This document shows positions 35,111 to 43,680 of a stretch of 55,561 nucleotides of DNA, piece by piece. How positions within the stretch are numbered: the stretch's first letter is position 1; each line of letters starts with the position of its first letter. The notes under the pieces were generated by a model. It ran no database searches and was not told the origin of the DNA. It was given only the letters and a program-made list of their open reading frames with translations. The position numbers were made by a program, and so were the translations under genes. This stretch comes from a virus: IMG/VR virus record IMGVR_UViG_3300029705_000157; one strand, written 5' to 3'.

Positions 35111-36466
35111 TCATCCAAATGCCACTTGACCATTTATTTGTTCAAAAATAATTGGTGACGGCATCCTTTCTCCTATTTTTAAATAACCGCAATTAGCTTT
35201 TACTAATGCTTCTGCCATTACAGGAACCACACTGTTTCCTATTCTCTTTACTTGCTCTACGATTGGATATTTTTGCCAGTTATAGTCGCGATCAATGATG
35301 TAATCTCTTGGAAAACCTTGCAACACTTTCAGTTCTTCCGGCTTAAGCATTCTTAAAAAAATATCAGAAATAATATATTTTTCTCCATCAATCTCCACGG
35401 AAACATTTACAAGACCAAATCTATCCTTTGTTGTAATAGTTCCAAGTGGTTTTGACAATTATTGACCGCATCCAGTTCCGTAATACTTGATTAAAAACGC
35501 ACTTATAAGACCAAAATGCCCAGGAGAAGTTGTTATTGTGTGCAGTGGGTCACTGCATGAATGCCCTATTCCAGTTTTATAAAATTTTGTAATAAAAGCA
35601 GTAACAAGACCATATCTGTTAGATGTATCAATTGTTCTTATTGGCTCAGTTAGTAACTGACCTCTGGAATCTCCAGCTTTTTGTTCTCCGTGGTATTGAA
35701 TCATAAATGCTAACGCATCCTTGTTTTTGACTATGTATGGATTTGGATTTTCTATGATATACTTTCTTATTCCATTTGCAATTCTTTTTTGCGTAGCTTC
35801 CGCAAGTGGTTTAGGTCTGTCAAATATGCTCTTGCCTAAATCAGACCAATCAATATAATTCCCGCATTCCAACCAGTTCTCTTTTTTATGCGTAACTTCC
35901 GGCCATACAATTGGGTTACCATCTCTTCGGAAAATTGCATACCATCTTTTTCTTGTTGTTGGCGCTCCGTAATCTGCTGCTACCAATTCTTTTGAATCAA
36001 ATCTATATCCGATTGATTTCATGGAATCAATGAACTTATTGTAATCTTCGCCTTTTCTTTCTGGTATCGGACGTCCTTTCTCATCGAGTGGACCCCATTG
36101 CTGAATCTCTTCCACATTCTCCATTATTATTACATCTGGAAGAATCTTCTTTGCGTGCTTATAAACTGCCCATGGAAGAATCCTCAATCCTTGCATCCTG
36201 GGCTGACCGCCTTTTGCCTTGCTATGGCTTGTGCAATCCGGTGATGCCCACATAAGAGATACGTGTTGACCTTTTACATACTTTTGTAAATCAACTTTAA
36301 ATATATCCTCAGTCAAATGCAGCGTATTTGGATGATTGGTCTGATGCATTCTAATCGCCTGCGGATCGTGATTAATCGCAATGTCAACCGGTCTACCAAG
36401 TGCCATTTCTATTCCAACACTCGCACCGCCGCCACCGGCAAAACAATCAATAATTAATCCGTTCAA
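35111..36466 (-). pseudogene. DNA (cytosine-5)-methyltransferase interrupted by one in-frame TAA (35459-35461)
   Basis: The upstream part has motif I DCFAGGGGAS, motif IV SPDCTSHS and motif VI IMENV. The downstream part has QGFPRDY and GNSVVP. Junction: ...GGT CAA TAA TTG TCA..., all in the same frame. Confidence 0.8.
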
Positions 36467-36472
36467 TTCAAA

Positions 36473-36754
36473 TTATCCTCCTATTGCCATAAAATCAAAC
36501 AAACTCAACTGACCGGTTTTAACTGTTTTCCTTTTCGTTCCCGATACAATTACTGGTTCTCCGTCAAAAACCTCGTTATAAGCCTTACACGCAGTCCAGT
36601 CGGGTTTCCAGTCAGTCTCATGCCCATCTGTTTCTCCATAAATCTTACATTTGCATGTCCGGTCGGACAGTTTCTTACAGTTCGTACATTCACCGCACTT
36701 ATGACCATAAGAAGTACCGCCCGACCACTGATACATTGCTGATATTTTTCGCAT
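36473..36754 (-). CDS. Hypothetical protein
   Basis: 93-aa ORF with CGECTNC..CKC. Confidence 0.35.
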   Translation of the reverse strand: MRKISAMYQWSGGTSYGHKCGECTNCKKLSDRTCKCKIYGETDGHETDWKPDWTACKAYNEVFDGEPVIVSGTKRKTVKTGQLSLFDFMAIGG

Positions 36755-36915
36755 TATTTAATCGTCTCCGTTAAATTTAACTGATAGTTAGTGTTAAAAT
36801 CGTAAGTGCTAAAATTGGAAGAATCAATGCTGGCTCTTTGTGCTTGATTTTCACCAGAAACAATATGATTATAGTTAATATCAGCATCAATTTTTTTAAA
36901 AAAATCAATTCCACA

Positions 36916-37503
36916 TCAAACATCTCCTTCTGCACCACTCAGCAATTCCTTAAACTTATCAAATGCTTTTTGCGATACTTTGTTATTCTGTTTTTCGGGT
37001 TTCAAATCGACAACTAAATGCTTTTCGATTATGTGAGACAGTTCCCTTGCAAGGTTTTTCTTTCCTTGCAAGAGTCCATCTCTATAGCCCTTTACTGGCT
37101 TGTATTCATTGATTTGAATTTTCCCTTCTCCTTGACCGCCAGCGGTCTTATTTCTAAGCTGATAACCGTTTTGGGCGTAAAGTTTTATGTAATACTGCTC
37201 CATATCATCAAGAACAACTGACGCAACGTGCACAAAATTAACTTTCCACCCATACGGATTTGATTCTGAAAAAAAACCATGTTTATTAATCGATAAATCG
37301 ATATGTTGGTATCCAACAAGATGCTGAGCAAGTCTTGTTAAAATTCGTTTCGCCTGTCCAATGTAGGCGTATTTAATATCGTTTTCATCAATCCTTGTCA
37401 GAAAATAAATCCCACTTTTATCATCTAGTTTCGGATTGATTTCAAGCAGCTTTTTCTTGTTTGCACTTTCTATCGCCATTGCTTTTCTAAAGTTCTGATT
37501 CAA
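36916..37503 (-). CDS. GIY-YIG nuclease domain protein
   Basis: SGIYFLT...YAYIGQAKRILTRLAQH...YYIKLYAQNGYQLRN. Confidence 0.6.
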   Translation of the reverse strand: MNQNFRKAMAIESANKKKLLEINPKLDDKSGIYFLTRIDENDIKYAYIGQAKRILTRLAQHLVGYQHIDLSINKHGFFSESNPYGWKVNFVHVASVVLDDMEQYYIKLYAQNGYQLRNKTAGGQGEGKIQINEYKPVKGYRDGLLQGKKNLARELSHIIEKHLVVDLKPEKQNNKVSQKAFDKFKELLSGAEGDV

Positions 37504-37802
37504 TCCAAATCACCTTCTCTTAAAATCATCATGTGGTCTTTGGCAAGTACATAGCCGTATTCACGATTCGCACCACAAGATTTCTCCCAGCCGTTAAGCA
37601 TATAAATCGCATCTGCCATATCCAGTAATGTAAAACAAATTTTCATATACTCTTCATACGTTGCATCTTCTGGCATATATGAATTTGCATGGGCTGGATT
37701 TAAGACACTATGTCCTTTTTCTTTCAAAAAATCTTCTGCCTTTTTGAATCGTTCCATAAAATCATCTGTGCCAGTAATAGCACCACTAATATAAATTCTC
37801 AT
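37500..37802 (-). CDS. DUF4406 / nucleoside 2-deoxyribosyltransferase-like protein
   Basis: MRIYISGAITGT...GHSVLNPA pattern. Confidence 0.5.
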   Translation of the reverse strand: MRIYISGAITGTDDFMERFKKAEDFLKEKGHSVLNPAHANSYMPEDATYEEYMKICFTLLDMADAIYMLNGWEKSCGANREYGYVLAKDHMMILREGDLD

Positions 37803-37814
37803 GTGTTATCCTCC

Positions 37815-38237
37815 TTAATTAAACGGCAATGATTCTTCCAATCCATCTGGAATACTCATAAAATCATTAGATGTACTTGCCTGTGGTGATGGATGAGGAA
37901 CTGGTTGACTACTGCCGCCGTTATTGTTCTGATTGAAATTTTTGCTCTCGGCAAATTCCTGTTCTTCCACTACAACATCTGTTGTGTAAACTTTTTGTCC
38001 ATTCTGATTCGTGTAGCTTCCAGTCTGAATACGTCCACATACAGTTGCTTTCATTCCTTGTCTAAAGTATTTCTCGACAAACTCTGCCGACTTTCCAAAA
38101 CACATACACGGAATAAAATCTGCCGCCTGCTCTCCCTCACGTTTAAATTTTCTATCGACCGCAAGTGTGTATCTTGCTACTGCGGTATTGTTCGCACCGC
38201 CATATCTTACTTCTGGATCACGGGTCAAGCGCCCCAT
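37815..38237 (-). CDS. ssb: Single-stranded DNA-binding protein
   Basis: GRLTRDPEVRY OB-fold N-terminus, Gly/Asn/Gln-rich linker and an acidic tip ending LPF. The frame is open upstream as L-I-N-K-V-V-L-M, so a non-ATG start near 38255 is likely. Confidence 0.85.
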   Translation of the reverse strand: MGRLTRDPEVRYGGANNTAVARYTLAVDRKFKREGEQAADFIPCMCFGKSAEFVEKYFRQGMKATVCGRIQTGSYTNQNGQKVYTTDVVVEEQEFAESKNFNQNNNGGSSQPVPHPSPQASTSNDFMSIPDGLEESLPFN

Positions 38238-38272
38238 TAAAACAACTTTATTGATAAGTCATTCCCCCTTTA

Positions 38273-39268
38273 CTACCTTCCTGTACTTCCGAATCCGTTA
38301 TCGCCACGTTCGGTTTCGTCTAATCTGTCAACTTGTACCAATTGCACATCTAATGCTTTCTGGAATACTATTTGTGCAACTCGTTCTTTCGGAACAATAA
38401 TTTTTACATTGTCTGTATCGTTGTGAACAGGCAATCCAACACTTCCACGATAATCACTGTCTATGACCGATACACATGTTGCTGGACGCAAACCATGCTT
38501 TGTTGATAATCCACTTCGTGCATATACTGCACCAAAATAGTTTTTAGGTATCTCAAATGCAATATTTGATTGAATCAATACTGTTTCGTGCGGTCTTATT
38601 TCAACTGGTTTATCAATATCAGCAAATAAATCATATCCTGCAGCACCTATACTCTGTTTATGTGGGATAATTGCCGTTTCAGTCACTTTTTTAATTTTTA
38701 TTAGTTCTGGTTCTTCGCTAACAAATTGTCCTTTTTCATTTCTTTTATTTGGATTCAATTTATTGTGAAGCATTCTATGCGCACCACGTTCCATTACTTC
38801 AAGATTTTCTTTTCTATTATCTTTCCTGTCGAAGTTCTTATGATGAACATCGTAACCAGATTTTAGATACAATTTTTCGCCTATCTGAATGGAATTTTCT
38901 GGCGTCAACAAGTATTGTTCTGCTATCAAACGGTGTTCAAACACCCATCCACCATTGTCACAAAAAGGATGCTCATGGTTTCGTATCATAACGTATCCAT
39001 AAGAATTTTTTCTGATATCACCTTTCCAGGAAGCATTCTTTTTCCCCTTAATTCCGTATTGATGGTTTCCTTTTCCTTTCATATATTCTTTCTTTGCATC
39101 ATTTTGACATTTCTTGGAACAGTAATGTGTTTTATTCCGTTTCAATGCACTTGGTTTTAAATGAAATCTTTTTCCACACATATTGCACTCTGTATTATTC
39201 CATTTGTCTTCATCATCTAAAACTACTTTAATTTGCACTTCAAGTTCCCTCCTGTTTAAAACGGACAT
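38273..39268 (-). CDS. dut: HNH endonuclease domain fused to dUTPase
   Basis: N-terminus: Zn finger CNMCGK...CSKKC and HNH VHHKNFDRKDNRKENLEV..AHRMLH. C-terminus: dUTPase motifs AAGYDL, ARSGLS, VIDSDYRG and GFGSTG. It is a single uninterrupted ORF. Confidence 0.8.
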   Translation of the reverse strand: MSVLNRRELEVQIKVVLDDEDKWNNTECNMCGKRFHLKPSALKRNKTHYCSKKCQNDAKKEYMKGKGNHQYGIKGKKNASWKGDIRKNSYGYVMIRNHEHPFCDNGGWVFEHRLIAEQYLLTPENSIQIGEKLYLKSGYDVHHKNFDRKDNRKENLEVMERGAHRMLHNKLNPNKRNEKGQFVSEEPELIKIKKVTETAIIPHKQSIGAAGYDLFADIDKPVEIRPHETVLIQSNIAFEIPKNYFGAVYARSGLSTKHGLRPATCVSVIDSDYRGSVGLPVHNDTDNVKIIVPKERVAQIVFQKALDVQLVQVDRLDETERGDNGFGSTGR

Positions 39269-39957
39269 AAGTCCTTTCTTAATTCAATTTCTAATCCTTT
39301 TCTCGCATAGTCCACATAAGCGTTTTTAGCGACTTTTTTTATCTCATTGACACATTCTTCGGGTTCGCACGTTTCTCCGCCCATATGGAGCAATAACACG
39401 GTCTTAAGATTATTTGTTGCATTTACTTCTATAAAATTCTTGCAAGTTTCCAGTGAGCAATGCCCTTTTATCTTGTGTTCATAATTCGGCAAATCTCTAT
39501 TTACCAGTTCCGTCTGATAATTGCATTCAATCAAAATGTGGTCCACTTTCATATTTGCGAATCTGTACTTGCAATACTCAAAATCCGTCATGTACAAAAT
39601 TTTTTGATCATCCGCTTCAATCAAGAATCCATAGTTCGGTGTCTCATTATGCGGAAGTTCGAAAGTTGTTATCATGAATTTTCCCAAATAACATCTTCGG
39701 TAGTCACATAAATTCTTATGAAGATATGGGGTAAATACCATTATTCCCATTCGTTTAAAAGCCTCGACACATTTTGAATGGTCCTGATGGGAATGGCTTA
39801 CTGCCACACCCACAATCTTTGTTATGTTATAATCCAAACCCTTTTTGATATCCTTAATCGGTATACCGCAATCCAAAATCAATGTTTCGTTTTCTGTTGA
39901 TAACAGATAGCAGTTTCCCGATGAACCAGTGGATAATGTTTTAAGTGTTAGCATCAT
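39256..39957 (-). CDS. Metallo-beta-lactamase fold hydrolase/nuclease
   Basis: HxHxDH motif in VAVSHSHQDHSK. Confidence 0.7.
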   Translation of the reverse strand: MMLTLKTLSTGSSGNCYLLSTENETLILDCGIPIKDIKKGLDYNITKIVGVAVSHSHQDHSKCVEAFKRMGIMVFTPYLHKNLCDYRRCYLGKFMITTFELPHNETPNYGFLIEADDQKILYMTDFEYCKYRFANMKVDHILIECNYQTELVNRDLPNYEHKIKGHCSLETCKNFIEVNATNNLKTVLLLHMGGETCEPEECVNEIKKVAKNAYVDYARKGLEIELRKDLCPF

Positions 39958-40823
39958 TACTCCTTCATAAATTCCGGAACATCTCCAGTTTCAACCACTT
40001 CCGCATCAATCACTGTTTCTTCAAAATCCACTGAATTTGCGTTCTGTTCAATATCGTACGCCACATCTTCAGCGACCATATCCACATTTTCCAATTCCTC
40101 AGATTTCTCATAAGTTGAAACAGCAAACACATCTCCGTACTGCTGCACAATCTGTTTACAAGCTCTTGATGTGACTGTTTTCTTTGCCATCATGTCCGTA
40201 AACTCTTTGTGTGTGCCGGAATTTTCCTTGTAACCAAACCCCTTACGCCATGCGGTCTTAATCTGAGCAAAGTTCATAACTTCCATATAAGTGCTACCAT
40301 CGGATAACTTCACAACGCAGTAAGCACCGATGATTTTGTCAAGGTTAATGTTTTGGAAACTCTGTTTGTGGCAATCAAGAATCTTTCTACCATTTTCGAT
40401 ATGGTATTCAAATATATCTCCATCATAGATAACCTCTGCATCAATACTGACTGCTCCATATCTGTGAGCCATTGCCTTGTGTCCGTGATAAGATACCTGA
40501 CAATTCAGCTTTCCGCCGTAAGCAATCGGATAGCATTGTTTTTTCTGCATGTTAAGACCCATTGTAACCATATCCATAAGAGTGTTTGCGATGCTCGCCT
40601 GTGAGCAAGTTTCCAGTACACTCTTTCCGTTTTTATCATTTGTTTCTTTCAAGATAAGATACGCCCCCATTAAAGCATTCGTAGGGTTGTAATCTTTTGG
40701 AAATGTCAATCCGTATTTTTCCTTTTCTTTCAACTGTGCTGACAATCCATCAATAAACGCATTGTTTACTACTAATGAAGCGTTTTGATTGCCCTGTGCC
40801 TGTAACTCTGCTTTTGTAGCCAT
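39957..40823 (-). CDS. recT: RecT-family single-strand annealing protein
   Basis: CYPIAYGGKLNCQVSYHGHKAMAHRYG...IIGAYCVVKLSDGS...MAKKTVTSRACKQ pattern with an acidic C-terminus. Confidence 0.75.
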   Translation of the reverse strand: MATKAELQAQGNQNASLVVNNAFIDGLSAQLKEKEKYGLTFPKDYNPTNALMGAYLILKETNDKNGKSVLETCSQASIANTLMDMVTMGLNMQKKQCYPIAYGGKLNCQVSYHGHKAMAHRYGAVSIDAEVIYDGDIFEYHIENGRKILDCHKQSFQNINLDKIIGAYCVVKLSDGSTYMEVMNFAQIKTAWRKGFGYKENSGTHKEFTDMMAKKTVTSRACKQIVQQYGDVFAVSTYEKSEELENVDMVAEDVAYDIEQNANSVDFEETVIDAEVVETGDVPEFMKE

Positions 40824-40826
40824 AAT

Positions 40827-41852
40827 TCATACCTCCAATAATTCTTTTACCAATAAATCCATTGAATGACATAGTTTAATGCAATTTCCATGCAACGCAT
40901 GATTCTTCCACGCATTGTACTTTTCAAAAAACTTTTGTTCAGACATCTTTCCGTCCTTAACAGCCTTAGCCCATACCCTTATCTTTTTTCGGATTCTACG
41001 CTTGTTTTCTCCCGACAACTTTCTTATGTATTTACCGTCTTTTGTTATGTAATGATGAAAACCAAGGAACCTTAATCCATTTTTGAACGGAACTATCTGT
41101 GTCTTTCCGTTCAATTCCAGTTTCAAATCTGATAACAAATTTTCTATTTCCTTAAGGCATTTCTTTAAATAATCCTTATCATGGAAAATCAAGTAGAAAT
41201 CATCCATGTATCGTCCGTACAGTTCGATTCCTAATTTCTCGGTTATCATGTGATCCATTCCATCAAGCATTAACAGTGCATACACCTGAGCAACTTGATT
41301 TCCTAATGGAAGTCCTAAACCGTCTGTGCTATCAATAAAAAGATGATTTAACCATTTTGTGTATTCGTCTGGAAAATAACTGTCCACAATCTTTTTCAAA
41401 ATCTCATGGTCTATTTGGTAGAAAAACTTCTTAATATCACATTTGAGAATCCATCCGTCAAGACCATGTGATTTGTAAAACTGCAACATCTGCTCTTTCA
41501 AACAATCCATCCCGAAATGAGTGCCTTTTCCAATCTGCCCGGCATAGTTTGTCCTTATAAATATATCGGACAATCTCGGATGCAGTATTTCATCACATAA
41601 ACAATGCTGCACCACTTTGTCCTTAAAAGAACAAGATTTAATCAATCTTTCTTTTGGTTCGTAAATCATAAATTCATTGTATGGATTGATTTTGTATGTA
41701 CGATTTTCAAGCTGTTCCTTTAACATGTGGAGTCCTTCAAGACTCATTGTTTGAAACCTCGCACAACTTCCATTATTCGACTTACCGGATTTTGCTTTCT
41801 TATAAGCCTTGTATAGATTTTCAAAACTGCATACAATACTTTTGTCATCCAT
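40827..41852 (-). CDS. DGR-type reverse transcriptase
   Basis: RT motifs ILKCDIKKFFYQID, GLPLGNQVAQVYALLML (the DGR-typical LGxxxSQ-like motif 4) and YGRYMDDFYLI (YMDD). It lies directly downstream of Avd and the TR. Confidence 0.9.
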   Translation of the reverse strand: MDDKSIVCSFENLYKAYKKAKSGKSNNGSCARFQTMSLEGLHMLKEQLENRTYKINPYNEFMIYEPKERLIKSCSFKDKVVQHCLCDEILHPRLSDIFIRTNYAGQIGKGTHFGMDCLKEQMLQFYKSHGLDGWILKCDIKKFFYQIDHEILKKIVDSYFPDEYTKWLNHLFIDSTDGLGLPLGNQVAQVYALLMLDGMDHMITEKLGIELYGRYMDDFYLIFHDKDYLKKCLKEIENLLSDLKLELNGKTQIVPFKNGLRFLGFHHYITKDGKYIRKLSGENKRRIRKKIRVWAKAVKDGKMSEQKFFEKYNAWKNHALHGNCIKLCHSMDLLVKELLEV

Positions 41853-41950
41853 ATTAAAAATTCCTTTGTATTTACCCTTTTAGGGAGGGTCGCACACCTT
41901 TTTGTATCTTGTACTGATTTCGGCTTATTGCCTACTCTGACTGCCTGTTT

Positions 41951-42026
41951 GATACAGAATGGGCGAACCCCGTTGTTGTTATTGTAGTTGTTGTTGTTGA
42001 TGTTGCCGGACGGCGAAACAACGGTT
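41951..42026 (-). repeat. DGR template repeat (TR)
   Basis: Coding strand: GTT GTT TCG CCG TCC GGC AAC ATC AAC AAC AAC AAC TAC AAT AAC AAC AAC GGG GTT CGC CCA TTC TGT ATC. It is non-coding, lies between Avd and the RT, and matches three gene 3' ends. Confidence 0.9.
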
Positions 42027-42049
42027 TTTACGGTGTGCAACCTATAGCT

Positions 42050-42421
42050 TTATCTTTGTCTATCTTTTGTTCTCCAGGCAATCGACATACGCTTAATATC
42101 AGTTACCATCTTTGACCAGTATTCCATTCTTTGTTTGTTTATTATGTTTAGTTTTACGGATAATTCTATGTAAAACAGTAACTGATCGCAGTATGTTATC
42201 GCCCTAGTCTGCAATTCTAATCGATGTCTTTTGTAATCCCTTATATCCGTTCTGTTTGCTTCTTGAAGATATTCATAAATCTCAAGTGATTTATTCTGCA
42301 TCTTATCCACTAAAGAAAATCTATATTTCTTCGGATATGTATTGCAATTTGAAGTAACTCGAAGCGTATGTTCGGCAAGTTCCATTGATTTTAGAATTAC
42401 TTTTAAATCTGTATCCGACAT
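42050..42421 (-). CDS. avd: Accessory variability determinant (Avd, four-helix-bundle family)
   Basis: 123-aa basic helical protein between the target gene and the TR. The position and size are canonical for Avd. Confidence 0.8.
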   Translation of the reverse strand: MSDTDLKVILKSMELAEHTLRVTSNCNTYPKKYRFSLVDKMQNKSLEIYEYLQEANRTDIRDYKRHRLELQTRAITYCDQLLFYIELSVKLNIINKQRMEYWSKMVTDIKRMSIAWRTKDRQR

Positions 42422-43027
42422 TTAATCATCCTCGGATTCAAAGAGATCAGATGAGAAGATGCAAAATGGGCGAACCCCGAGGCTGCCATTGCAGCCGTCG
42501 TCGTAGAAGCGGCCGGACGGCGAAACAACGCGTACCCATCTACTATCATCGTTGCAGGCTGTACTGTCCGCTGTGATAAGCCACCACCAATAACCGGCGT
42601 TCGGAATGTATTCTCTGTACTTTCTATATTCATCCACATTCAATAAGGAAACCTTATCTTCACAACGACCATATTCTTTCTGACCGTCCATTGATAATAA
42701 GTCTCTTTCAAATGATACAATGTTTTCTTCTCCAACCTCTTTTTCCAGTTTTTCAAGAAATTCCGAGTTCAGATATTTTCTTAAACTGCTATTCGACCAG
42801 TTATTGCAAGAAGAATCAAATTTCATATCTTCCGGCAATTTTTCGGAAAGACACAAGTAACCATTCTCTGTAATATCAAGAATTTTACACTCCAAATCAG
42901 CAAGAGTAAAAGTATCCCCAACTTCCAGTTTTTTTTGAATTTCCTTGATTGGTTTACTCGTGATTTTTGAAACAATCTTTTCGAGTTCTGCGAGTCTTGA
43001 TTCTATTGTTTTTGCTTTTACTGCCAT
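42422..43027 (-). CDS. DGR target protein 1 (coiled-coil N-terminus, C-type-lectin-fold-like C-terminus carrying VR1)
   Basis: C-terminus GYWWWLITADS...VVSPSGRFYDDGCNGSLGVRPFCIF. No signal peptide. The W..SSLRKYLN motif is shared with its paralogues. Confidence 0.85.
   Translation of the reverse strand: MAVKAKTIESRLAELEKIVSKITSKPIKEIQKKLEVGDTFTLADLECKILDITENGYLCLSEKLPEDMKFDSSCNNWSNSSLRKYLNSEFLEKLEKEVGEENIVSFERDLLSMDGQKEYGRCEDKVSLLNVDEYRKYREYIPNAGYWWWLITADSTACNDDSRWVRVVSPSGRFYDDGCNGSLGVRPFCIFSSDLFESEDD
42461..42530 (-). repeat. Variable repeat VR1
   Basis: Same length as the TR. There are 14 mismatches, all at TR adenines: CGC TTC TAC GAC GAC GGC TGC AAT GGC AGC CTC. Confidence 0.9.
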
Positions 43028-43028
43028 A

Positions 43029-43661
43029 TCATTTATCCCCTTTCGATACAAAGATATTAGATTTTAAGATACAAACCGGGCGAACCCCGCCGTCGTCATT
43101 GCAGCCGATGCCGTCGTAGATGCAGCCGGACGGCGAAACAACGGACATACGATACTTATATCCACGTTCCGCACTAGACCATGGCGTACATGTCCACCAC
43201 CAATCGTCAAGCTCTTTATTGACGATCAATTCATTGTACTCTCGTGCTTCATCAAAAGTGATCGGACGAACCTTGCATATGCACGATTCAAATTCATGCT
43301 GCATATCCACAGATGTCAAATCAACTTCGTGTTCCACAATGTTTTCTGCCCCAATAGATTCACTTATAATAGGTAGAATCTCTGATTCGATTTTTTTCTT
43401 TAAATTTGATTTCCCGTAATCTCTAGCATCAAAATCAAAAACAACGTCTTCCAACATAAATCCTTTGGAAATCACTTTTGTTTTTCCAAGCGATTCATAT
43501 TGCTTCAAAACAATAAAATCATGATCGCCAATTTTAAATGTATCTCCCGGTAATAGTTCCGACAATGCAACATCTGTTGAACTACACTTGCACTTACAAT
43601 TTTTCTCTTTTTCTTCTAATACCTTTACAAGTTCTTTTGCCATTTCTAATTCTTTGCTCAT
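43029..43661 (-). CDS. DGR target protein 2 (paralogue carrying VR2)
   Basis: C-terminus DDWWWTCTPWSS...VVSPSGCIYDGIGCNDDGGVRPVCI. No signal peptide. Confidence 0.8.
   Translation of the reverse strand: MSKELEMAKELVKVLEEKEKNCKCKCSSTDVALSELLPGDTFKIGDHDFIVLKQYESLGKTKVISKGFMLEDVVFDFDARDYGKSNLKKKIESEILPIISESIGAENIVEHEVDLTSVDMQHEFESCICKVRPITFDEAREYNELIVNKELDDWWWTCTPWSSAERGYKYRMSVVSPSGCIYDGIGCNDDGGVRPVCILKSNIFVSKGDK
43071..43146 (-). repeat. Variable repeat VR2 (one codon longer than the TR)
   Basis: TGC ATC TAC GAC GGC ATC GGC TGC AAT GAC GAC GGC. With a one-codon gap in the TR, every mismatch falls on a TR adenine. Confidence 0.8.
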
Positions 43662-43680
43662 TCCATTTCCCTCTCTTTGC

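Noticed and set aside
35459-35461. In-frame TAA as evidence of stop-codon reassignment
   Set aside because: It is the only such case I found. TAA, TAG and TGA all terminate other well-defined genes at expected positions, and the tRNA-like element has a normal Gln UUG anticodon rather than a suppressor anticodon.
40827-41852. Reverse transcriptase as a retron or group II intron RT
   Set aside because: There is no maturase/En domain and no intron RNA domains flanking it, and no msr/msd-like inverted repeats. Instead there are an Avd gene, a TR, and matching VRs with A-only mismatches.
41744-42040. 98-aa ORF encoding ...VVSPSGNINNNNYNNNNGVRPFCI...
   Set aside because: This is the DGR template repeat read as protein. 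It has no RBS, runs into the RT start, and its poly-Asn run simply reflects the AAC-rich TR. It is treated as non-coding RNA template.
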